A program made the translations under genes and the position numbers. DNA of 64,000 nt from contig JAYWIR010000002.1 in NCBI GenBank assembly GCA_036172245.1, positions 6,758,001 through 6,822,000 on the forward strand, written 5' to 3'. This DNA comes from Raillietiella orientalis. Taxonomy: Eukaryota. Positions within the stretch are counted from its first letter, which is position 1. Every line of letters starts with the position of its first letter. This document shows positions 1 through 9,458 of the stretch, one piece after another. The notes under the pieces were generated by a model that ran no database searches, was not told the DNA's origin, and was given only the letters and a program-made list of their open reading frames with translations.

Positions 1-2296
1 TTCCTCCTCCTCCGCCGCCTCCCGGCTTCCGATCTTGTCTTCTCTTCCTCCCCTCTTCTCTCGCTCCCGAGCGCCGCGGAAGACGACGACGCCCGCCTGC
101 TCGCTCGCTTGTTCTCGCGCGGGAAAGCAGGAAGGTGGAGCAGTCCGCCTCTCCTCTCCCCCTCCCGTCGGGAGAGGCGGCGTCCCCCTTTGCTCCCGCC
201 GGAAGTTCCCTCTCGGGTTCAGTGCTCCGTCTTCCGCGCCAGCGTACTTGCCTGGCGGGGCCGCCGCGCTCGCGTGACGCAACGCCGCCGCTGCTGCGGC
301 TTCAATCTGCGCTCGCGCGCGTGCGAGCAAGAGGCGGCCGCCGCTGCCGCTGCCTAGGCAACGGGAAGGAGGCAGGGAGGGAGGGAGCGGAAGGGGGGGG
401 GGAGGGAGGTTGCCTAGCGACGGCTGTGCTGCTGCTCCGCGTTACTATGAGCGTTGCGAGCGATTCACGCTTTGGCGGCTCTCCCCTGCAGCGGTAAAGC
501 GTGAATGAAATGGACGGGTTAACGGACTGCTGTGACCTCAATCCGGTGACATTGAACTTTCGCGATGGAATCGTTTCGTTATCGCGGATGAGGCGAACAT
601 CCTCTCGCGCGCGTGCTAGGAGCAACCATCGCCTTCCTCCCCCCGGTCTCCCGCCCGCTGCCAGATCTCGCCACTGAGTTGGACCACCTCTCTCCCGACA
701 CCCCTGCCTACCGATCGCGCTGCGGGGTCCGTATGCAGGCAGAGGGGCGGGGGGGAACCTCCAGGTGCCGTTGGAGGGTGGGTAGGGAAGAAAAGGGCAG
801 CAGGTCAGGTCTCCCCTCTCCCCTACGCCTTGCCCTTTCTCCACGCAGTGCAGACCAGGGAGGTCATGTCGCCGCAAGCTGGGCACGGCATGGATGTCCG
901 CCCGCTATGGGGTTTGAAGGCGGGGTCGCCAGCCAGGGAGAGAGGGAGGAGGGGAGGGGCTCGACTGGAGCGTCCCTCTTCGCCGCCCTCCCCTTCGGCA
1001 GAGCGAGGAGGGCCAGACCGCGCCTGAGCCTGTCCGGGAGTGCGCAGGACCTATCCGACGCGTCCCTCCCCTTTCTTCCCCCCTCCTCCTCCGCCGCCGC
1101 TGCAGCTGCCGCTGACGGGAAGCGGCGGCCGCTGCCAGCCTCGTGTTCTGCGAAACTCGGAATCTGTGCGCTTTCACTTTTACTTGAACTGACCTACTAA
1201 TGGGAGCGGGTGAACGTCCCCAATTGAGTCCAATACTCTTCGAATAGCTCGGGCGCGCTCCTTGCCAAGGATCGGGAGGAGGAGGAGGAGTCCAGGACAT
1301 TCCACCTGGTTCGGGAGGAGTGCCTGCGCCCAACCCTCTTCAGCTCCTCGTCTTCCTTTGCCTTCTCGACTTCAAGGCGTCCCCGCTGCTGCTGGCGCTA
1401 GCTGGAGGAACCTCTCGCATCGCTGCCACGCCCTCCCGACGAGCTCCCTACGAAGGGTGGGAAAGGGGAAAGGAGAGAGAATTGCTCCCTGCACGGTGCC
1501 CGCAGGGGAAGATCAGGAAGAGGAAAGGCTCAAAGGGAAGGAGGGACGGCGCCTCAAATGGGGTAGGAAGAGGAAGAGGAAGTGGTGGAGGGGAAGGACT
1601 TATTGGCTCACACGAAGTGGGGCATAGGTGGAGCGTTTCCACCAGCCACGCTCCATCCTTCGAAGTGACCCCGCCCGGAGGATTCCGCCTTGATGTCAGC
1701 CTTCCTGGAGCCCCTTGGTTCCCGTCTCCCCCTCCCATCCCATCCGTCCGCTTGCGCACCTGGCGTCGCAGTCGGCGGGCGAGATAATAGAGAAAAACGC
1801 TCCTGTTCCCTTCCCCCTCCTTTCTTTCCATCCCGTCCCCCTCCTCCCTACTTCCGCCTCTGCTGCTTCTGCCTTTCTCGAGCTCCGTGATGTTGCGTGG
1901 GCGGCGCAACTTCCTATGTCGAAACCACGCGGCTACCCCAGAGGGAAGCCGAGGCGAGGGCAGAGAGAGCAGCTCTTTTCCGGCGCGCTGTCGCCGTGGT
2001 AACTGCTCCGGTGTTGCAACCGCGCGCCTCTTTCTCGTCTTTCTCATGTGCCGAGGATGCAGCAGAGCGCCGAAGCCTCTTGCGAGCACGGAGCGAGAGT
2101 GCAGAATGCTCGCGAGGGAGGAGCAAGTCGGGGAGGGGGGGAAAAAGAAATAAGAAAGGGAAGGCCCCACTACCAGCTGCAGCAGCACCACCACCAGCGG
2201 CGGCAGCTTGGCGGCAGTGCGTGTTTTTTCTCCCTCTCTCCACCCACCACCCCATCTCCGCCGTCCTTCTTTGCTAACGCAGTGTCTTCCCGCCAG

Positions 2297-2441
2297 GGCT
2301 TCTTCCGCAGGAGCATCCAGCAAAAAATCCAGTATCGACCCTGCACCAAGAACCAGCAGTGCTCCATACTGAGGGTAAACAGGAACCGCTGCCAGTACTG
2401 CCGGCTGAAGAAATGCATCGCTGTCGGCATGAGCCGAGACG
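2297..2441 (+). CDS. E75: E75 exon encoding the second zinc finger of the DNA-binding domain
   Basis: Acceptor cgccag at 2291-2296, donor gtacgt at 2442, typical NR1D DBD sequence. Confidence 0.95.
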
Positions 2442-2467
2442 GTACGTCTGCTGCGATGACCCCATTT

Positions 2468-2498
<31 letters not shown>

Positions 2499-3160
2499 CT
2501 CGATAAAAGCAGCGCGGTCCAGGACGGGCCACACCGCGTCTCTTCCCAGGAGGAGAGCAGGAAGAAATCTCTTCCTCCCCCCTCCCCTCTTTCCTCCCCC
2601 CTGCCTCTTCTCGCGTCCCCTCCCGTGTTCGAGAGCAATCCCCTCCACCCACCTCTCTCACGAGGGCGCCGGCATGAACCAGGAAGGCGAAAAGGGCTCC
2701 GCTCGCGAGAGGGAAGGAGGGCGGAGGAGACGCAACCTCGCCGTCGCCGCCGCCGCCGCCGCCGCCCCCGCGAGCTTGGATGGGAAAACCGCGTCGCTCG
2801 CCCGATCTCCCGAAAAGGGGAAGGTGAGGGGAAGGTGGAGGGTTGCACCGCTGCCCGTCGGTCCGTCCGTGAGTCCACTTTCCCTTAGGCCAGGTCAGCC
2901 TTCGTACCGCATAACGGTGTGAAGGAGACGCCGCACGTCGCGTACGTGGTGGCTGGCAGGCGAGCGGCGGCGACCGGCGATGCGTCGCCCGCAGTTCGGA
3001 TGCCGCCTGCACTGCGAGCGGGAGGAGAGCCGTTGCGTGCGCAGTTCGAGTTTGCCCCCCTTCTGCAGGAGCGTCTCTTATGGGAGTTCTCTACGGCGCG
3101 GACGTCCTGTCGGCCAGGAAGCCGTCGCATCACCAGCGGATCTCGCTATGTACCGAAGGA

Positions 3161-3205
<45 letters not shown>

Positions 3206-6200
3206 ATACGTGCGCGCGCTGCTCCAAACCATTCTTTTTTTCCCTCCCCCTCTCCTCTTCCTTCCTTCCTTCCTTCCTTCCTTTCTTTCTCTCCCTCCTC
3301 CTCCTCCCCCCTCTCCCCTCCCCCCCCCCTCTCTACAAGTTTTTGTCATCCCGATTTGTTTTAATATCTCAAGGTCGATCGCAGGCTCGACGGAGCCTAT
3401 ACGTAGTACACGGGATGGGGAAGTTCAAGGACAGCTGGGGAGCATGTGCAATGCGCGCCGATGACGCAAACAATCAAAGCTTATTTTCCTCGTAAGGTCT
3501 TCTGGCTACCAGTAGGTGTCTTGACTCAGTACTTGTCGCCGTTTTGGTACTTCTCCCCCGGTTCCATCTCGTGCTATGTGGTTGCCATGGCAGGTGACTT
3601 GCCCATCCTCACAAACATACTAATGCAAGGACCGTCGCACTTCAGTTACAGTGACGAGTATCTTTGTAAGTCTCTTGAAAGAAAAAAGAAAAAAAAAAAA
3701 AACAGCGTTACCAGGGGAACGCGGAATGTATTATCGTGGAGTTCATGCGATGGTGCAGTGATGTTCCCCAGATTCTCCTCTCCAGCCTTCCGCCGCCGCC
3801 CACCCCACCCCTTCCTTTCCTTTCTTACCTTCTTCCTCCCATCCCTTTCTTTCCTCTTTTTCGATTTTTATTTTCATCTTGTTCTTTCTCCACCTGTGGA
3901 TTGCTTTGCTGCTGCGCTTAATGAAAGAGGAAATGCTAATTTGGCACGTGACGAGACTCATCGTTTCCTCGACAGCCCTAAAAATTGGAAACGAGAGTGT
4001 GTGTGTGTGTGTGTGCACGCGCGCGCGCGCGTGCATGCATGCATGCATGCATGCATGTGTGCCTCTCTGTGTGCTTTACCAGGAGCAACCCGTTGCTGTC
4101 CGTCGATTCGCAAGTCTCGTCGCCGTCGTCGCCGTCGCAAGCGGCTCCGGCAGCTGCACAGATTGCATAGAAAGGGTTCGCGGCGGTCTGCCCCCCCCCC
4201 CCTCCCCCCGTTGATCTGGCGGATCGAGAGAGTGGCTCACGCGATTCAGCATGTGATGTGTACGAATTCGTCCTGTACGGGGAGGGGGGGGGGAATAATG
4301 TATTTGCATCTGGCGTGTACCTTAGAAAAAGTGTGCAAGAGGAGAAGCACATTGCATGCACATTCTATGATTAAGTCTAGAACGAAGAAAGTATTGCCAG
4401 ACGTGCAAGTGCTTAAGTATGCGAGACTTCAAGGTCTTATCTCATTATCCTTCGAGTCGGGGGAAAACTGCATTCCCAGTACTGTCTGAACTTTGATATT
4501 GGCGAAGACCAGTCTCTGACCTTGAAATCAATTATGCCAGTGCTCCGCATGGTTTCCAAGTTCGCGTTGTTCAGCCGTCAGCGGTAATCTTGAACGCATA
4601 AAAATAAAAATAAAAAAACGGAATTCTGTTGCTCTTTCGTTTTCCTATGATAAGTAAGCGGGCAAAATAAATAGTATCGAGATAAACAGCAGCGGCAACT
4701 GCTACTGCAAAAAAAGAAAATGACCGCGTAGATGTAGCTTATCCCGCCCACATTCTTCTGTAATACTCTGCCCTTATTTTGATATCTTCAAAGCTGCTTC
4801 GTTCTTTTCATCATTATTGCAACATACATATACATGTGTATATATGCATATATTTTTATGATGTCTGCAGCTGTACGGTTCGGCCGTGTTCCTAAGCGAG
4901 AGAAAGCGAAAATCCTGGCAGCCATGCAATCCCTCCAAAGCAGATCGCAAGAAAAGGCGCTCATGGCACAGTTGGAAGACACCAGCCACATCATGCGCAT
5001 CGTCATCCAAGCTCACAAGGAGACCAGTGACTTCATTGCCGAAAAAGCGCGGATGCTGATGGTGCGAATTCAGGAGAGCACGGCGCAGTACTCGACCGTC
5101 CTCGTAAGTTTTTTGTTCGCCCCCTGTAATAGGCGAGGGTCACTCGGGTAGCGTCTTCAGACTTGCCCGCTGAACCCGAATCCAGAATACGTGAATAGAC
5201 ACGGAGAGCTTCTAGAGGATTTCAGCGAGCGGTTCTCACCGGCCATCCGGGAAGTCGTGAAGTTCGCCAAGCAAATACCTGGCTTCGCCCTGCTACCGCA
5301 AGAAGACCAGGTCACCCTCTTGAAGGCAGGGGTGTTCGAAGTTCTACTGATCAGATTAGCCTGCATGTTTGACTGTCAGGTATTGGGCAGTCGAGCCGCG
5401 AGCTGTGTTTGCTGATGTGTTTCCTCAGAATAACCGGCTCCTTTGCCTGAACGGCCAGTTTATGAAGAGAGACGCCGTGCAGCATGGAACAAACGCAAGA
5501 TTCATTGTCGACTCCATGTTCGAATTTGCCGAACGGCTGTTGGCCTTTCAACTGACAGAGGACGAACTGGCGTTGTTTTCTGCAGTAATCGTAGTAGCTC
5601 CCGATCGACCTGGTCTTCGTAATATCGCTCTCATAGAGCGCATCCACTGTAAGCTGAAGGAAGGCTTGCACCGCATGCTCATGGTCCATCATCCCAACTG
5701 GCCCAGCCTCATGGGACAACTGCTTGACAAAGTGCCAGATCTCCGCACGCTAAATGCGCTCCATTCGGACAAGCTGCTGGCCTTCAAGACACCTGATCAT
5801 TCCCAACAGTCCCCAGTTTCTTGGACTCCTTCGCTTGACGAAAATACACGCAGCCCTTGTGAATCACTGTGTTCGTCAGAAGTGGCAACCGTGACCGCGA
5901 GATCCGAATCCGTGACGCAGGTTTTCAGTGATGAAACGGAGAGTCGCTGCCCAGCAAGGATTTCCGCTGTTATCCGCAAATTAACAGATTCACCTTCAGA
6001 TTCCGGCATAGAATCCGGAAACGAGAAACTAGACAAGGTGTCAGCATGTTCCAGTCCACGGACTACATTCGAAGATCGTATGGGTGAACTCGTGGAAAGC
6101 GAGTCATCTATGCACGATATGCCCGTTTTGAAGCGTGCGTTACAAGCCCCCCCTGTTGGACACTCAGCTCATGGCCAGAGTGATGTATTTCCTCATGTCC

Positions 6201-6433
6201 CACATAAAAAATTCCGGCGAACGGAACCTCCATCCATGCTAGCACGCTCACTTGCCCAGGCGCCCCTCCTCACAGTTGAACAGCAGCAATGCACTGAATA
6301 TTTGCATTCAGTTATAGTTGGAAGCTGTCCCTCTAGCCTGCATAACATCGTGTCTCAATCCACCCCAGTTAAATCACAAAGCCAATCAGATTGTTTTTGG
6401 GCTCAACCGTTGAACCTTTCAACCAAGGTATGA
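2297..6433 (+). CDS. E75: Ecdysone-induced nuclear receptor E75 (NR1D/Rev-erb family), 5'-partial spliced CDS; exons 2297-2441, 4871-5103, 5161-5379, 5429-6433 (533 aa in window)
   Basis: Exon 2297-2441 encodes the second C4 zinc finger [48 protein letters not shown] and splices in phase 1 to [20 protein letters not shown]. The ligand-binding domain has CPLNP (heme Cys), [26 protein letters not shown] and [17 protein letters not shown] (heme His). The F domain has the arthropod E75 motifs [33 protein letters not shown] and QPLNLS. All introns are GT-AG; branch point CTAAC at 2274-2278. Confidence 0.95.
2468..2497. repeat. (CCG)n trinucleotide repeat; similar runs near 2740-2766 and 9055-9074
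   Basis: Read directly. Confidence 0.9.
3164..3203. repeat. (GA)20 microsatellite
   Basis: Uninterrupted GA dinucleotide run. Confidence 0.95.
3587..3665 (+). CDS. E75: Alternative first coding exon of E75 (E75D-like isoform without DBD, predicted 511 aa)
   Basis: ATG at 3587 gives [26 protein letters not shown] plus 1 nt, then a consensus donor GTAAGT at 3666. Phase 1 matches the acceptor at 4870 (gives ...[14 protein letters not shown]). Resembles the remembered insect E75D N-terminus MGE(E/D)LPILKGIL. Confidence 0.8.
3997..4062. repeat. Compound (GT)n-(GC)n-(GCAT)n microsatellite; 66 bp of perfect purine-pyrimidine alternation
   Basis: Read directly; includes the 22-bp palindrome TGCACGCGCGCGCGCGCGTGCA at 4014-4035. 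Confidence 0.95.
4871..6433 (+). CDS. E75: E75 shared hinge, LBD and F-domain exons (4871-5103, 5161-5379, 5429-6433)
   Basis: Introns 5104-5160 (57 nt) and 5380-5428 (49 nt), both phase 0; stop TGA at 6431-6433. Confidence 0.93.
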
Positions 6434-6498
6434 CATATCCCCATATTATTGGCTGGCATCCCATTCCAGATCTCGTGCATCGAAGCACAGTAGTCGTA

Positions 6499-6504
6499 AA
6501 TAAA
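6499..6504 (+). terminator. Probable polyadenylation signal (AATAAA) of E75
   Basis: AATAAA 65 nt after the E75 stop codon. Confidence 0.55.
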
Positions 6505-6530
6505 GTGATGCCTGTCATCTCACTGCTATA

Positions 6531-7545
6531 TTAACTATGGAGGGATACCACTGTTGTGGGCATGGAGACGCTAACAGTAATGGGAGGCAGTCCAGGAAGC
6601 TCTAGAGGAGTCATAACAGAAGTTACAGAAGGCAAAGGAGGCTGAGGAACATCTGATGTGGGTGGTGGCACATCTGGAGTCGAACTTGGAGATGGCACAG
6701 TGATCTTGTTGTCATCTTGCTTGTCCGTGGGCTGACTCCTAACTTCTGGCATTGGAATGCGGTGTAGATAACCAAATCCAATGTCGCACCCCAAACTGAA
6801 TAGAGCTATTATTCACCACTAAACTGTACCTTGTCTCATCTAACCTGCCACTGCCACCCCAAAATTTGTTGGGCACAATAATTACATCCCGACAAGTATC
6901 TTGTGTTGAATTATACACATATAATCGCATAGGTCGCCCATGGTGTGACTCGATCAATGCTTGGAGATCATCACTGTCCTGTAGGGTAGAATCAGCACCA
7001 ATCACATAGTCTGTGAAAGGGCATAATCCTGCAACCTCTGCTGGTGAATGAGGCTGCACTTCCTACTACAGCTATTACTATCACAGTTAATAAAGTGTTA
7101 ATTCATTGCCTACCAGTACATGCCACACATTTACACTGGCACCCTCGAAGGAGCAAAAGCGGATGGATACACCCAGCAAGCCTTGTCCACCCCAACCTAA
7201 GGATGGGATAGTTGTGATCTCTCTGACAGTTTGACTTCTGCTGCTGTACACCTGCAGAGTCACTGGGTTATTTTCATGAGTGCGCAACAATTCTTTCAGA
7301 GTATCATCTTCCTGGTTCTTTCTTAACATGGTTAACATGCCTAATTAAACTCAGCTTACCAATCGAGTTCCTGCTATGGAAATAATGAAATCAAAGTAAG
7401 CTTGAAGCCCTGCTTTCTGACCAGGTGATCCATCTTGCACCTAATCTCAAATTTTCATAAAAATGACACAAGAAGTACTCACTTTCAACACATGATAGCC
7501 TTCTGTTCCACCACCTGGGATGTTGGTACTTTGAGTACCTCCCAT
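6531..7545 (-). CDS. Grasp65: Golgi reassembly stacking protein GRASP55/65 (two PDZ-like domains), ~276 aa; exons 7545-7483, 7440-7360, 7317-7114, 7062-6845, 6795-6531
   Basis: Spliced translation: MGGTQSTNIPGGGTEGYHVLK|VQDGSPGQKAGLQAYFDFIISIAGTRL|NQEDDTLKELL...WGGQGLLGVSIRFCSFEGASVNVWHVL|EVQPHSPAEVAGL...DYVIGAD...WGGSG|SLGCDIGFGYLHRIP, the canonical GRASP domain with a myristoylatable Gly2. Introns are 42, 42, 51 and 49 nt, GT-AG, with consistent phases. Confidence 0.95.
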
Positions 7546-9398
7546 TTTACATTTGTTTGAGTAAATTCATTACAACACTTTCCAATATTTCTATACTCAA
7601 ATAACTTTCAAATCTTAAAAACAGACAAAAAAAAAAAAATGTTCATTATAATAAAACAATTACATTTTGATTTATCAAATACAACCTTATGCCCAAAATG
7701 GTAATTCAAAAGGAAATCAATGGCCATGTCCGAGATTTTCTTGTGACTTGGCAAACTGACTTTGGCTCTGACAACGTGTTTGTATTTTCGGTTTTACAAA
7801 CTTTGTAAAATGGAATTACAAATACATTGCCAACGTTTGTGAAACTGACAATACATGCATACCTTGCACTATTTCTTCATAGTACTTTTAAGTTCTACTA
7901 AGTGGTATTGATTTCATGTATAGAAATTATCCCACTGCATATGTCATTATGTGGTTCTTACATAACACATCTTACTCAGTTTCGGTTTCGTAATCTCAAA
8001 TTTTTTTCACATCTTAGATCAAAGAAATACAAAGTGTTTACTATGGTTTGCTGTGCACTGGAAGGAGCAAAGAAAAAAACGTCAACACCGAATAAATAAC
8101 ACAAGGACTATTTAAGTGATCGAATACATGGTTTTCTTTTTGCTTTTCTTGTAAAGGGAATAATGCCCATTTTAATTTTACTCGACTGCTTGAATTATCA
8201 ACACTATTATTAAATCATCAACACTATGCATTTACTTCCATTGATCCTTTTTGCTACCAAGCTCATTCCTTTTTTCTTTGAATGCTGCCTGTTCCTCCCT
8301 AGAAAACGTAATCCACCATTTCATGCACCTTTAAAATGATGATTTAAGGTACATGGACATGTGAATTATGGTGTTTACTAAGACATGCTAAAAAAAAAAA
8401 AAAAGGATGTGCACAACATAAACTGAAACAAGATAAACTTTCTACTCTTACTAAAATTAAGATTCCGACAACAAGATATGCAAAAAATCGATAATACTTC
8501 ATCCAAATGATCCAAATAGAGGATGAACCTACATGTATACCTGAAATCCTCAGTCTAATTTATCACTTCCGACCCTGATACAGGCATTTCTATTTCAATC
8601 ATCAGCTAGCGAAATGGTAAATTTGCGAAATCACGAAAAGAACAACAAATGCAACCAAAAACAGAAACAAAAACAAAAAAAATTCAAGGATGCACCTCTT
8701 GCTAACAAAGCTGCTGCTGTTGGCCTTAAAAACTACCGTGTACACACGAGCCACGCACCGATTCAGCTGGTGAACTGCACCCGAAAAACGTCGCCACGAT
8801 TTTTGCGTCATCGCGGTGCAACGTCATCATTGTTAGCGGAATTCGTTCCGCGAGGGTGGTTTGCTGCTCCCGTCCCACCAGGTGTGGCTCGGCCGTGTGG
8901 TTTCGGGAGATCCGCTCCACATTCAGGGATGAATTTCACATTCAATGATGTGGCAAGGATGCAGAAAGGTTTCGCTCACGAGCACGAGGTAACAGAATTC
9001 CCCTCTCTTGCCGTTTGTTTTGCCACAGATTGGATGCGATCGCCGCCAAGTGTGCCGCCGCCGCCGCCGCCGCCGCGCGCTGTTTTCGAATTTGATTTCT
9101 TTTGCCTCTTCTTTTCTTTTTTCCCTTTTGGAAAGCAGCAGGAATGGAAACGCGGGTGGTTCTTTGAGAACCACATCTGCCACCAAATCCACATTTTCAG
9201 TTACTGGAACCAAACCTGTTGGCACGTTTGAAGAGTATGAAAGGGGTCGCCTACCGATTTCTTTTCTTTGCTTTTTCTTTTTTTTTTCTTTTTAGCATGC
9301 ATTCAGAATTTCGACTTTAGCCTTCACTTTCTTATCATTTGAATTGGATAAAAGAAATTAGAATAGGAAGTGAGCGATGCAGCAAAGAGAGAAAGACA

Positions 9399-9458
9399 AT
9401 GGTTTCCAAAAAGTTATGCATTGAAGATGTTGTAGAAGCTACAGAGAATCCAAACGAG
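9399..9458 (+). CDS. HYDIN: Putative first coding exon of HYDIN (MVSKKLCIEDVVEATENPNE)
   Basis: ATG at 9399, donor GTAATG at 9459, phase 0 matches the acceptor at 12142. Homology here is weak. Confidence 0.5.

Larger units (their letters stand above)
349..3720. promoter_or_regulatory. Cluster of RFX X-box-like motifs at 349-362, 409-421, 1990-2003, 3581-3594 and 3707-3720
   Basis: GCTGCCTAGGCAAC, GTTGCCTAGCGAC, GTCGCCGTGGTAAC, GTTGCCATGGCAGG and GTTACCAGGGGAAC compared with consensus GTYNCC-N0-3-RGNAAC. Motif match only. Confidence 0.4.
216..4525. promoter_or_regulatory. Candidate nuclear-receptor response elements in E75 introns (EcRE-like IR1, RORE/RevRE-like, FTZ-F1-like)
   Basis: GGTTCAgTGCTCC 216-228; GTGACAtTGAACT 546-558; TGACCTACTAAT 1190-1201; TCAAGGTCG 3369-3377; AGTTCAAGGACA 3422-3433; TGACCTTGA 4517-4525. 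Motif match only. Confidence 0.4.

Noticed and set aside
1..4489. Long ORFs in the GC-rich 5' region (e.g. 1448-2878 minus, 476 aa; 3446-4489 plus, 347 aa)
   Set aside because: They are low-complexity translations of microsatellites and GC-rich intron DNA, or antisense to the E75 DBD exon. Only 2297-2441 and 3587-3665 have splice and homology support.
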